NCBI RefSeq assembly: GCF_009834535.1
Contig: NC_045704.1
Location: 51,646,001-51,710,000 of the forward strand
Length of the DNA: 64,000 bases
Direction of reading: 5' to 3'
From: Camelus ferus
Taxonomy: Eukaryota
The notes under the pieces are model-generated. The model had not been told where the DNA came from. It did no database searches and saw only the letters and a list, made by a program, of their open reading frames with translations. The position numbers and the translations under genes were made by a program. This document shows positions 1-12,038 of the stretch, piece after piece (positions within the stretch are counted from its first letter, which is position 1; each line of letters starts with the position of its first letter).

Positions 1-569
1 ACTTAAAGCCAAGAAGAAAAAAAAAAAGGAAAAAAAAAAAAGAATTGGGAGCAAGACTTTCTGAGATCAATGCCTATTGTCCTAGACATTTTCAAGCTAA
101 CAGCTGTGATGAAGAAACAAAAAACAAGAACTTCAGTTCTGGGAAAATGAGGGAAAGACTCAAACATGCGCTTCTTTGGCCCCACTTGGATATGGAGTTA
201 AATGGTTTAATAAACACAGCAGCAGCAAGAGCAGAATGAAGGCAAAAGGGCACAGCTTTGGGCGCTGCTTCTGCTCGAAGCCTCACGTTAGGAGCCTTTC
301 GCTCTTACTAGAGCCAGCAGAGGCTGCCGCGGATCCTGAGTCCTGATGCTCACCCAGGCAGGGGATTCCAGACTTCCCATCTGAAATGTGACAATGTTCC
401 CCCTGACGTCCAGTTTCCTCCAGCATCCGGTGATCTCTGACTCCCCTCAGACATAGAAGGCCCTGAGCTACTCTTTTTTGTGGATTTCCCCATGCAATTT
501 ACCATCCCTGCATGTATATTTCTCACAGCTGAAACCTGTCTATAAAATCCTGTAAGAGACTCTTCTGTT

Positions 570-752
570 CTTTTCTCCAGCATGACTGATAGAGCCAACA
601 CATAACACTGTGTCAGCTTAAAGTGTACAAAGTGTTGATTTGATACATTTATAAATTGCAAAATGATTACCACCAAAGTATTAGCTGCCACCTCCATCCC
701 ATCACATAGTTACCGTTTCTTTTTTGTATTGAGAGCATTTAAGATCAACTCT
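570..752 (-). mobile_element. L1 3' end fragment (L1MA9-like)
   Basis: aagtgtacaaagtgttgatttgatacattt...atgattaccacc...ttaagatcaactct resembles the reverse complement of a laurasiatherian L1 3' UTR. Confidence 0.7.
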
Positions 753-1019
753 TGCCTGTGTTTTGACAGTTCATCTGGTCCTTGATGCTTTGATCTCTTC
801 AAATCTTCCATTTCCCTTTCCTCTCAATCTTTCAGGTCCGAATTTAAAGACCTCATTCTCTTTTCTGCCTTCTCAGCATTGGTTATAAGAACCCCTAGAC
901 CTTTCCTCCTCAGGGACTACCATGCAAACGACACCTCTGTAAATACCATCAGTGACAACTGCTCTGTACCCATGAGGGGAAAAAAAAAAACCTAAAAAGG
1001 AAGATTACAACACCCCTCA

Positions 1020-1451
1020 TGTAGTGGACACTGGGGTCCACCCCAACCCCCAGGCGCTCATTCCCCCAGCAACCAGGAGGGATGGCTGCTGAGGGCTCAT
1101 AGCTGCATCCCTCCTGAGGGATTTCCCTCAGCTGAAGGGAGCATCCTTGCCCCAGACTGGAAGCCCTCCCTGGAGGCAGCTCTCATCCAATGACCAGTTG
1201 ATGCAAGGCTAAAAAGATTCAGTCCCCTTGCTTTGATTCACAGTGACTCAAGGGGCTGTCCTAGCTCTTGAATGTTCCATGGATAAATTGAGTCGTCTTA
1301 CTATCACATCAGTGTTCAACTTCTCCCTCTACCCGGTCCAGCTTCTCTCACACCCACACGGGCGCTATTCCCTGGAATACTCCCTTATCAACCCTCTGGC
1401 ACGCAAATCTCAGACTCTGGGGCTGCTTCCCAGGGAGCCTGACATGGGACA
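1020..1451 (+). mobile_element. ERVL solo LTR, LTR16C-like
   Basis: Starts tgtagtgga and ends ...gggaca. Internal motifs catccaatgac, caacttctccctct and gcacgcaaatct match the recalled LTR16 consensus. Confidence 0.75.
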
Positions 1452-1462
1452 CCTTCTTTGTG

Positions 1463-1499
1463 TGATGATGATGGTGGTGATGATGGCAGTGATGATGAC
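1463..1499. repeat. Imperfect (TGA/TGG)n trinucleotide microsatellite at a MIR tail
   Basis: tgatgatgatggtggtgatgatggcagtgatgatgac. Confidence 0.85.
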
Positions 1500-1500
1500 A

Positions 1501-1650
1501 GTAGCTCACACCTACTGAGTACTTCTGGTGTGCGAGACACTCTATTTTATGTGTACTGTAACATGCAATCCACAACAATACCTGAGAGGGTGAGGGTATT
1601 ACTGACCCACTTTTGAGATGAAAAAACTAAGTTTCAAGGAGAAGCAGCAT
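1501..1650 (-). mobile_element. MIR SINE fragment
   Basis: ctactgagtac...ccacaacaatacctgagagg...ccacttttgagatgaaaaaactaagtttca is the MIR core on the minus strand. Confidence 0.7.
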
Positions 1651-3170
1651 CCCACTTGAGGAGGAGTCAGAAAGTGAAAGCTCACGATTTAAAAATATTG
1701 CAAAGACCCCCTAGAACAATTCTTTGGGAAAACCTTTCGGGGGGCAGGGGGTCAATGTTTTGACTTCATGGTTATCTGGTCTGTTAGCACATCTCCTGGT
1801 GACTGTGTGAGCCCTCTGCCTACACTTCTGTAAAACCACTCATTACACCATACTGTGATCAGCTTTTATGATTCTGTTTCCCCATGAGAAGCTGAGCCCC
1901 CTGTTAACTTTGGATATCCAATACTAGGTGCCTGCTTGGTATATAATGTGACAGATGAGTCGGGAAGTCCCCACTTTGTAACTGGGAAAATTAAGCGATG
2001 GTCTCTCAAAAGGAAAGCAAAGTACAGTAGCCTCTGTAGACATCATTTGCCTTCACCCCTTGACTTTGTAAACCTCCATGTGTCTCGATTTTGTTCTCTG
2101 TAAAATGCGGGTAATGCCATTTATCTCTTAGCATTGGTTTGGTTGTTGTAAAAATTAAAGATCACACTTAAAAAACACAACACCATACTTGATGCCTAGT
2201 ATGCACACCATAAATGTTATCTGTTACAATTACTAGCCACAAATAATTCCTTTTCTCCCCATGCCCCATCACCTGAGAAATGAGAATGGAGGTGTCCAGA
2301 CATCTGCTAGCTTCTTGGGGGCCCCTCCAACCATCACAAAGCCCTACATGAGAACCCGTCTCAGAAAGGGTCCATCTCTTCTTGGACAGTCTTCTTGGTG
2401 GGAACAGATGATTTGGGGCTACTAGAGCAGTTTTCCTCAGTGCTAATGGCACATGAGAATATGTGTCAGGGTGAAAAAGACTCACAAAGCTGGGGCCAGG
2501 ATGTGCATATTTAGAAAAAATATATATGTATATGTAAAACATCACGATGATCCTGACATGCATCCACAAAATGACTGGACTGGAGGCTCAGTCAGTCTGC
2601 ATGCTGTGGTCAGCAATTACTGCTATCAGGGGAAGGCACTGACTACTGTTGCCCACAAAGAGTGAGGCTCATAGTCTTGAGTACTTATTACACACAAATT
2701 CAAAGTATCTTGGAGATATTTCAGAGAATCATAAGAGCTCATGATATAAAGAAATGGAAAACATATTCACTAGTCCTATGTCTTGAATTCCCTCCATGAC
2801 ATCTTTTGTGATCTTAGTAACCAGGAATATGACAGCCTGTCCAGTATTATCAGCAATTTGGACATAAAAGTCAATGGCGTGGTAACTGAATTTTCAGAGG
2901 ACAGAAATCCAAGAGGAAGAGCCAATTTTGGGGTTAAAAGAATTAGGATCCAAGGAAGAGCCAGACAAATTGGAATGATGAACCTAATCTAATAAGACCA
3001 CATTTAACAAGAGTAAATATAATGCTCTGGACTAGGATCAAAAAATTCAACTGCCCTGGAAGACAATGAGGGAGCTTTTCATTTTCTTATCTATTTAATC
3101 ATCACCTATTAATTTTTACCTGGTCTCATTCTGAAAACAACTTGAACTCACTTAAAAAGAAATGATGCAG

Positions 3171-3347
3171 CAGTGATTCTCTAAGTGTGCTCCCCAGATC
3201 AGCAGCAGCAGTGCCTGGAAACTTGTCAGAAATGCAAATTCTTGGACCTCCCCCACAAACCTACTTAGTCAGGAACTCAGGGATGAGGCCCAGCAATCTG
3301 TGTTTTAACAGGTACTCCTGGAAATTCTGATGCACAATAAGTTTAAG
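3171..3347. mobile_element. MER5A hAT-Charlie MITE
   Basis: cagtgattctctaagtgtg...ttgtcagaaatgcaaattct...gcccagcaatctgtgttttaaca...tgatgcac. Confidence 0.85.
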
Positions 3348-3616
3348 TTTAAACAGAGTTTAAGATTTTTTTAAAGGGAAACTCCAAAGCATTGAGAAGG
3401 TTAAGATGATGTTGAGTGTTAGGATACAAAGAGAATGAATGCTATAAAGCCCTGCAGTCTGGGGGGAGGGTGGTACAAATTTGGCTCAGAGCTTCCTAAT
3501 AGCCAATGCAAAGAAAGAAATATAATCAGTTTCTATATTGCATACTGTATGGGATCTGTAAGATCCATACAACCAATATTTGTGCTGAGATTTGAGAAAC
3601 TTTTTCCTGTTTTATA

Positions 3617-3887
3617 GAAAACAACTTATGGTTACCAAAGGGGGAAAGAGGGCAGGAGGGATAAATTAGAAGTTTGGGATTAACAGATACATACTACTAT
3701 ATATAAAAGAGATAAAAAACAAGGACCTACTGTATAGGACGGGAAACTATATTCAATGTCTTGTAATAACCTATAATGGAAAAGAATATATATATGTATA
3801 TGTATGTGTGTATATATATATTTCTGAATCACTTTGCTGTATACCTGAAACTAACACATTATAAATCAACTATACTTCAATTTAAAA
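3617..3887 (+). mobile_element. 5'-truncated cetartiodactyl-type L1 3' end with target-site duplication
   Basis: gaaaacaacttatggttaccaaaggg...caaggacctactgtata...gaatcactttgctgtatacctgaaactaacac...aatcaactatacttcaat. Flanked by tttttcctgttttata (3601-3616) and tttttcctgttcttata (about 3889-3905). Confidence 0.88.
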
Positions 3888-5204
3888 TTTTTTCCTGTTC
3901 TTATAAATTAGTGAATGTGTATTGTAACAAATAATATGCTCAACAATATCCCTTCAGTAAATAAAACAGTAGGTTTCTGAAGGTTATTTCTTTAGCCACG
4001 TATCTCTTAATTGAACCAATGATGAGGCAAGAATTGGGATTCCTACTGAGTGTGAGACCAAAACAGATGACGGGGTTCTACTGAACTGCATGAATCAAGG
4101 AGTCTTCTGGAAAAGGAGGGTTTTCATCATAGTATTCTTTGTGTAATAGTCTGAGTGTTTGGATTCCTGTAGTCAATGCCGAGGATACTGATGACCAGAG
4201 GGAGGAAAAAGATGACAAGAGAGTGAAAATCCTTTCCCATGAGCAACCCTTGCCCTCCTTCCACCTGGAAAATAAAAGGGGACTTTCTCCATATCCACTT
4301 GTCTCTTTGCTAAACTCCTTCTCTGGGCCAATTTTATCTCAAATTGGAAAATTAATAAACTATAGCTGGGCTGATTCTTCTGTCATCCACTTAGTAGTGT
4401 CCTTTTAGAAGTAATTTGACTTCTTTGATATTATTGGCATATCCAAGGGAAATTAAAAGATCCAAAACCAGAGCTTTGGGGAAAAGAGTACACAGCAGCC
4501 TACCATGATTTATAGATCATAGAATGACAGCCTAATGATCAAAAACTCAGGCTTTAAAGTCACATGAAAAGGGCTTGTACTCCAGTTCTGGTACCTAAAA
4601 TGCGACCTTGGACAAGGTACTTTATCTTCTCTAGGTTTAACCTTCCTCTTTCACAAAATGGAGATTAAAATGCTCCATACCTTAATACCTAACCTGTAGC
4701 ATCATCATCAAGGGGGCAACATTGTTGAGTCTATTAGAACATAAAATGAAGACAGCTAAACACCTCTCATGAGACTTCACAGGGTTGACATCCATCACTT
4801 TATAGGTAATAGAAAATAAAGTATAGAAGCCAAGGCTAGCTTGCCTTCCTTCATCTTCGAGATAGAATCTGATCATCCCAAGTCAGTGTCTTTGACAAAG
4901 ACCACCAAGCATCTCTTCCTCTCTACCTCAGCTTTGATTTTGATAATATTTTAAGCACTGCCCACAGGATAACGGACCATCAAAACTAACAAAGCATGAG
5001 ATCTGGAGCAGAGGCTGATGGGAGGAGTGAGTTTCAAAGACCCAGTCCAAGTCCCACAGCTCACTGATAGCAGTGCAGGAACTGGAATCCGTTCCTACAG
5101 ATGTATCCACCAGTCTTCTTACCTCTGAATCTTGAAATTATTGATCTTAGTAACTTTGTATTTACGTTTACTCAGCTTTCATGGTGTCATAGGCTATGCA
5201 ACAA

Positions 5205-5425
5205 TCAAGGAGTTTGAAGACCCTGATTCAAGACTCAGCTCTGCCATGTTAATAATTGTGTTGTCTTTGACAAGTCAGTTTTCTTATCTGAGTCCCAGTG
5301 TTCACGTCTATTTAATGGGAATAATAATAATAGCTGCACCCCTTGCCTTTCTGGGGTTGTTATAAGGTTCAATGAGATTTGTATAAAAGCACGTTAAAAA
5401 CTGCACTATGCTATGCAAATGAAAG
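5205..5425 (+). mobile_element. MIR SINE
   Basis: ttcaagactcagctctgcca...tctttgacaagtcagtt...ggggttgttataaggttcaatgagat. Confidence 0.7.
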
Positions 5426-6587
5426 AGATTTTTTAAAGAGACTGTCTTCAAATTTCCCTGTATCTTCTGTCACCTCCCTCATTCTGTGTTGTGAGTTTTT
5501 CAGGTCTCTTTCTCAAACTTCTGCCTTCATTCCTTCAGGATGCTAACTCTCAGTAGTAAGCCTTTAAGGCTAGGCTTTGATTAATAATTTAGTATAGGAG
5601 AAAATAAAAACCAGCCTTATTTGTTATAATTATACCAGACTTTGAGAAATATAGGGTTACTTAGCAGACCATTACGTCAAGGATTTTGCAGCATTATTAT
5701 TATTATTTTTGCAATGTTCTCAAAGGTTAAGAGCCATATAAAAATTAGGTAAGAGAGATGTCTGAGATTACCCCTGATGTGGGCCTGAGCCATCAGGCAC
5801 AGTCATTGCCACCTCCCACAAATTTCCAGGTGAAAATCAAATTATCGTAGTGAATACTGGAAACTATAATTATGACAATGCATGGCTTGAGATGCCCCTG
5901 TATTTTCCTGTGGCAGTCGAAAAATAAAAGTGTGTGACACACCCAAGTTGAAGGCCATGGGCTCACCATTCACTGTCTTTGTGGCCTGGGGCAAAGAACT
6001 TATTATCTCTAAACAACATTCTACTGGTTTTGTTTGAAGAAAAAAAATGAGGTCAGTAGCGTCTGTCCAGTGGGTGATTTAGGGATATTGATTATGGTAT
6101 TTGTTTTAATTTTTATTTTGGTTCCATGAGACAGAGCCCACACATGTAACCCAAACAAAGAGCTCTATTATAAAGATGCATGTGAAGAAACAAAGGAACT
6201 CTTGGATATCAGTGGGCAGGGGCACGTGGGGCTGGGCCTCACCACCTGTAGAGACTGGACCGTCCCCTCCTCAGAAATTCAGCACTGAGGTCTGTACACC
6301 TCACCCTGTGCAGGCTGTTGGGTGGGCTCTGTGATCTAGCTCAGTTCTACCTTTCGACATCCTTTCTGATACTGAGTTGTTCTCTTGATACATGTTTCCC
6401 AATTTATAGTTTTTGAGAGAACATTCAGTTCTTAGACCAGCTCATATATTTTATACTGAATGAATTCTTGCTTAGACTATGAATGGCCACTCCTTCAGCA
6501 CTGGGCCCACCACTGGTGCAATCAGCTGTCCAAGAGATAAGTTATAAACATGGCCCCAGGGATGTGGGTGGGTGAAGTTCCTGTAAA

Positions 6588-6840
6588 GCAGTATTAGAGT
6601 GTCATCTGGGAGGGCTCGGGTTCTAGACTTTGCTTGCATTTGAATCCTGACATTGACTGTTTCTAAAGATGTGACCTTATGCAAGTAACTTCATCTTGTT
6701 GAATCTAAGTTTCCTAACCTAAAAAATGGGCATGATAGCGCATGCCTCGTAGGAGTATTATTGAGTCTTAAGTAACAAAAAATAAAGGGTTTAGCACAGT
6801 TCCTGCCACAAATTGAACCCTCAGTCAATGCTACCTGTAT
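6588..6840 (+). mobile_element. Near full-length MIR SINE
   Basis: tttgaatcctgac...gtgaccttatgcaagtaactt...agtttcctaacctaaaaaatgggg...ttagcacagttcctgccac. Confidence 0.8.
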
Positions 6841-7542
6841 CCCTAGCAGGAGAAGGTGTGTGGGCAGGCACCATGAAACAGATCTGGTATAGCACATAAA
6901 GGTTCAACTCCTTGCTGTGTTGAGATAAACAACACTGAACTGTCCCCCATCCCCTGGGATATACTTTCTTCACATTTCCCTTCCAAAGAAGGGTGGTATT
7001 GTCCATGGTCCTGACGGAATCATGGCATGTCTCATTGAGAAAATGGGATTCTACAGGCTTTTACCAGTCAGCCTTAGCTCTTCTCACTGGAATAGAGTAG
7101 CTGGCTCTCCGTTTACAATCACCGGGCCCAATTCATGCTGGAATGGAGACTGAAGGCAGCCCTACTGAGCACAGTAACAAGCATCTAGGATGAAGGCTTC
7201 TCCAGAGGGCTGGCACATTTACAGAACTGTCAAGTAATTCCTTCTGCATTTCTCCATCAGGGTCTTGGGAAATCATAAGTTTCCATACAGAAGCTAACAT
7301 GGTGAGCTAAAATATGCATGAAATGAGACAGAGTGTTTGATCTGAGACGTAGAAATTCCTTTTATTGTTATACAGTGATGCTTCATTTATCTGGTTATGT
7401 CGGAAAATGGGCTATTTCACAGAAGTGAAGCTCACAGATAGCTGAAGTTCTCCCATTTCAGCTCTGAAATGATTTTTAACACTTGTTCAGTGGGAATATT
7501 CCTAAAATGTATCTCATCTTCCTGATTTCTTGCAGAAAAGGC

Positions 7543-7755
7543 AGATGTTATTACTGAATACTTACTGTGTACCTGGCATTGGGCTTAAGTGCTAAACTCT
7601 CATTGATTTTCCTGACAACTCTATGAGATGGGTACCAGAAGAATCTCCATTTCACAGATAAGGAAACTGAAGCTTAGAGAGGTTGAATAACTGATCCAAA
7701 GTTACACAGGGCAAAGTGGAACTGGGATTTGTGCCCAGACCTCCCGAAGCTCTTA
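7543..7755 (-). mobile_element. MIR SINE
   Basis: ctctatgagatgggtacc...ccatttcacagataaggaaactgaagcttagagaggttgaataact. Confidence 0.8.
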
Positions 7756-9373
7756 AGAAACTGGCCATGTCATTGGACAACATTTTGGTTAATAAATTAC
7801 CCTAAGAACCATTAACCATTAAAGTAGGACTTTGGGAAGTCTACACATACATTTCAGAGATGTGTCCATTACTCTGAGCATCCCTTGGCTGCTTTTTAAA
7901 AGGAATTAGAACTCAAACTGGTAACACGTATTTTTGAATATTCACGGATATTCCTTCTTTCAGTGAATGTTACTTGAGTACCTCTTGTGTCGCTATGGGC
8001 ATGATGCATGCCAGGTAATCTGGAAGCAAAGAAATATGAGGCACACAGCTGCCTTCAGAAGGGCATATGTTAGAGACACTTCAGTGGGGTGATACGTGAA
8101 TCTTGCCTCATTTTGTGGCCAGAAAAATGTTGAGAAGGGGGTGACTCTTAACCCACCTTTCAAGGAAGTCATCCTCCTTGCTGTTATCCATTCTTTATGA
8201 ATAAGACTGATGAGAACAAGGGATGGAGGTAGAGTTAGATGCTTCCTTGCCTCCAAACAGGCCACGGAAGAAATGGGCCAGCTGTGCTTAAGAAACAGTT
8301 GAAGCCTCTTGCTTGGAAAAGAAACTATGGCCAGATATTAATGAACCTTGGGCCAGACTGAGGACTTTGGTTTCTGTAACTCAAGTCTTTCTTAGATAGC
8401 AGCTCCGAAAACAGGAAGTATATTAGAACCACATCTAGTGGGAAAAAAATACACGTTCAGTGGGATATATTTTTCTCAGTTGATTAGTAAATGGGTGTTA
8501 AATGCAATTCCCAATTGTAGCTTTTAAAAAAAAACAACAGTTCAGCATATTGGTAGCATCACTAGCATCAAGTATATAGTTTTCCAAGGCAATGACTTTG
8601 ATATATTTTAATGATAACTTTCTTACTTCAAAAGTAATATATATATAGGAAATACCTAATAACTTCGCTCATTCATAGATAACTAAGACTTTTAAAACCA
8701 ATCCACCAGTCTTTCCCTACCCACTGGTCCATTCCTTTGACCTCTCTTTTTCTGCATCACCCTCCTGCAGCTGGACCTACTGTAGTCTCTTTCTGGCTCA
8801 CAGTCAGCATTATGGGTGCTGTTTAGGGCACAGCGCTGGTGTAGGCTGATGTGATAACTGAGGTGTGACAGCTGTTTTGAGACCTTTTAAGTCAGGTCTT
8901 TTTTCTCTGTCTTTCTCATAGATTGGCTGACAGCCACTGTGTCTGGCTGCTTTCCATGTGTCTTCTTATAACCGCTTCCTAGTATGTTTTTTCACCCTCG
9001 ACTAAGTGCTAGAACGGTTAATGACCAGGCTAGTCGATACATATTTTTAAACTAAGAGTAAGTAGGCTCTCAGAGGGGACAGAGGGGCTTTCTTTCAAAT
9101 CAGAGTATGAACTCTGCCACTGCTATTTCAACAGCCAGGAAAACATTACTTGTCTAGTGCGATCATTGTTTTGTTATATTGGTGACATCTATCTAAGTGA
9201 TGTGACTATTAGGCACATTTTGTCAGAAAATAAAAAAGAAGGGAGAGAGAAATGAAGAGAGGGAAAGGAGGGGATGGGACTGGAAAAAAAAAAAAAAAGG
9301 AAAGTCAGGCCGGTCGGCGCCTTCTTTCGGATCTCATTTTGAATTTCTCTCTTTCCACATTTGCTGTTCACAG

Positions 9374-9503
9374 TGGTTTAAACTTCATTGACTTGATGGT
9401 GCGACAAGGGAATATTGACAACCCTCCTAAGGCTCCCCTGGTGCCAGGATTTGAGTGTTCCGGGATTGTTGAAGCCCTGGGGGACGGCGTGAAAGGATTC
9501 GAG
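9374..9503 (+). CDS. VAT1L: VAT1L coding exon (exon 2 equivalent, 130 bp)
   Basis: Acceptor ttcacag ends 9373 and donor GAG|gtaacg starts 9504. Encodes (C)GLNFIDLMVRQGNIDNPPKAPLVPGFECSGIVEALGDGVKGFE, with the MDR GroES-like domain motifs GLNFxD and PGFECSG. It begins with 1 nt completing a split codon and ends in phase 0. Confidence 0.97.
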
Positions 9504-10164
9504 GTAACGTTTTGACTTCTGGTTGAAAGAGCAGTATTTGTCTGGCACCCACTGACGTAACAGAAGGTTATGCAAAAAAAGTGTGCAATAATCTATGCAT
9601 GTATTATTATGATTGTCTTACTACTTGATTTTATTAACAGCATTTATAAATGATAGGACAAATGTCTCATGCCTTTCTCATGTACCATCTTGGTCGCTCC
9701 TGGCAACAGTCTGGTGAAGTGGTCGGGGGAAACCTCGTCATTCCCTTTATTCATATTATACTGTTATTAATAAGATTAAAATTAATACAGCTATTAATCT
9801 GGCCTTGGATTAACTAAGTGTGCATCCCTCCTCCCCCTACCCACAGCGCCTACTTTCCCATCACGTTAGGCTCAAAATTCAATTATAAAATGCAAAAGTT
9901 GGGGAGAAATAGCCTATATATTTTACAACTTGGTTCCCTTAAATATCTACTTAACTGATGCATATAAGTGATTTTTTATAAATCATTACTTCATACATTG
10001 GGAAGGTGGCATTTTTGGACAACACTTCTAAAGCCAAAGGTAGAGGTACTTGACAAGGAGACAGAATTGGCTGTGGGTTGGTGGCTTGGGGAGTAGGGCA
10101 ATGGATAAAAGCAGTGATTATATTATTCTGACTACTTTTGTACATATTGAAAAATTCCCCATAA

Positions 10165-10488
10165 CAGCCATCTCTGGGAATCCTGTCTGCTTTCCAGGTA
10201 GTGAGCATTAAGCTAAAATACCTTTGATTAGCTCACAGGAAACATCCTGACCAGGCCCACCTGTAAATGACTGCTGGAAGGAAAAAACTAACACATCCTC
10301 TCCAAGATGCTGACCGGAACCAGGAAATGTTTGACTTGACTCCCTCCCCTTTCAGTATAACGGAAGCCTGAATTCCCACTCAGGCAAAATGGTTCTTCAG
10401 GACACTAGTCTACTACCATCTTCTTGGTTTGCTGGCTTTCCAAGTAAAGTCATTATTCCTTGCCTCACCTCCAAAAAAAAAAAAAAAA
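10165..10488 (+). mobile_element. ERV (class I-like) LTR U3-R fragment ending in poly(A), flanked by a long target-site duplication
   Basis: The body resembles recalled cetartiodactyl ERV1 LTRs (gcctgaattc...ggacactagtc...ccatcttcttgg...gctggctttcc). AGTAAA at 10443-10448 precedes A16 at 10473-10488. The flanks are aaaaattccccataa (10150-10164) and aaaatccccataa (about 10485-10497). Confidence 0.7.
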
Positions 10489-11960
10489 TCCCCATAATAA
10501 AAATGTATTTTAATCGCTGAAAAGATATATGACCCTTCCTACCATTATCATGCAAATCAAGTAAGATTTGTATGTAAAAACTGAAAAACTGAAAAACTGT
10601 GGGCAAATCGGTCACACAAGATTGTGGTAGTTTGCAGTGAGAAAAACCAGTGGTAATCAGGCACGAGAGCTCTCCCTCGACTCAAGTGCTTTCCTGGGGA
10701 GAAATGAAGGGTACTCACACTCAAAAATCTACCATACCCAGAAGCACAGGCAAGTGAGTTTCTCAGCCTTGCCAGAGCCCTGCGAGGTAAAGATTGTTAT
10801 TATCCCCTTAGAGATGAAGTTCAGAAGGGGTCAGTAATTTTCCGTGAGGTCAGAAGGCAGGAAGCAGTAGTCGAACCCAGATTCAAGTCACCAGACACTT
10901 TTCGCTCTTCCTACAATCCAGTGATCTTTACCCCTGCTCCTCACCTGCAGATGTTGCGACACTAAATACAGGAAGAAAAATCCTATAAAAGACAGTGCCA
11001 AAACACCCTTGGGATTGATTTGGAACCTACTGCTTAGTCTCAGTGCACTGGAGCCTCAATATACTTTGAAAATATCAATATGCGCCAAATTCATGATGCT
11101 GAACGTCTGGAAATCTCATCCCACTCATCTGTCTTTTTGATGGTGGTTTCCAGATAACACAGCAGAAAAACGTGGAGGGAGAAATAAATGCGCCTTTTCT
11201 TTCCTTCCCTACGACTTCACATTTTCTGTCCCCAGGTAAGCAATATAACCAGAGGCAGCAGCATCTCTCTCTCTGAAAGTGCTGCGTATAAAAAAGATGA
11301 TCTGCTCTTCGCTCCTCCACGAGGCCCCAAAGGAAAAGACTGTACTGTTTGCTCTATTAACCCTAAGCATTGGATAAATAACCCATTATTTTAGGATATA
11401 ACAGTAGATAGGGATGTTGTTGGCCTTGGTTGAGAGGGAGGAATCACTGTGCTTGATTATATATATTTTCCTCTGTATACGATCTTTCTTCTGCTAAGTG
11501 GCCCCAGCTTGCTTATTGTTAAACATTTTCACCACCCCCCATTCCCCTCCAATGACTTTCAGTTGCACAAACAAAAGAAGCCACCTACAGGCTTCCAGTC
11601 AGGGTGTGATTTAGGAGGAAACCAATACTAATACGCACTCTATAATTCTGACTGAAGATTTTCAATCATGTTGGAGATGGAATTCCACGCGGCAGCGCAC
11701 TGAATAACTCCCTGGGTTTGATCGATTGCAAGGGAGGCTTGAACAGTTGTTGCCAGAGGCACAGCAGTAAAGGAATAATTTGGGCTTAGTCGCCCAGGAC
11801 TAATTTCTTTTGCTTAACGGAATCAAATTATGAGGTGAACTAAATATTAAAAAAGTTTCCCACCTCTGGACTCTAAGACTAGGGCTCCTTTGACAGCTGA
11901 TCCTCTTTCTGCCATTTTGATAATGAAATGAAAGGCCTGGAGCAGCCAGCCCTGATGAGA

Positions 11961-12038
11961 TGGCATGACCACCACTGTCAAGGTGGTCTGGGCTGCCAGG
12001 CTGGTCTGGGGTGGCATGACCATCACTGTCAAGGTGGT
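11961..12038. repeat. 27-bp direct repeat pair (1 mismatch, 51-bp period)
   Basis: tggcatgaccaccactgtcaaggtggt (11961-11987) and tggcatgaccatcactgtcaaggtggt (12012-12038). Confidence 0.9.

Noticed and set aside
11-41. A-rich run at the window start
   Set aside because: It may be a retroposon tail, but any body would lie outside the window, so it cannot be assigned.
1348-1578. Minus-strand ORF with a poly-His run
   Set aside because: It is a translation of the (TGA/TGG)n microsatellite.
9252-9373. In-frame ATG 122 nt upstream of exon 2 (MKRGKGGDG...KKKKK)
   Set aside because: The frame runs through a homopolymer A tract and the pyrimidine tract of the true acceptor. It is short enough to be chance, and no promoter feature supports it.
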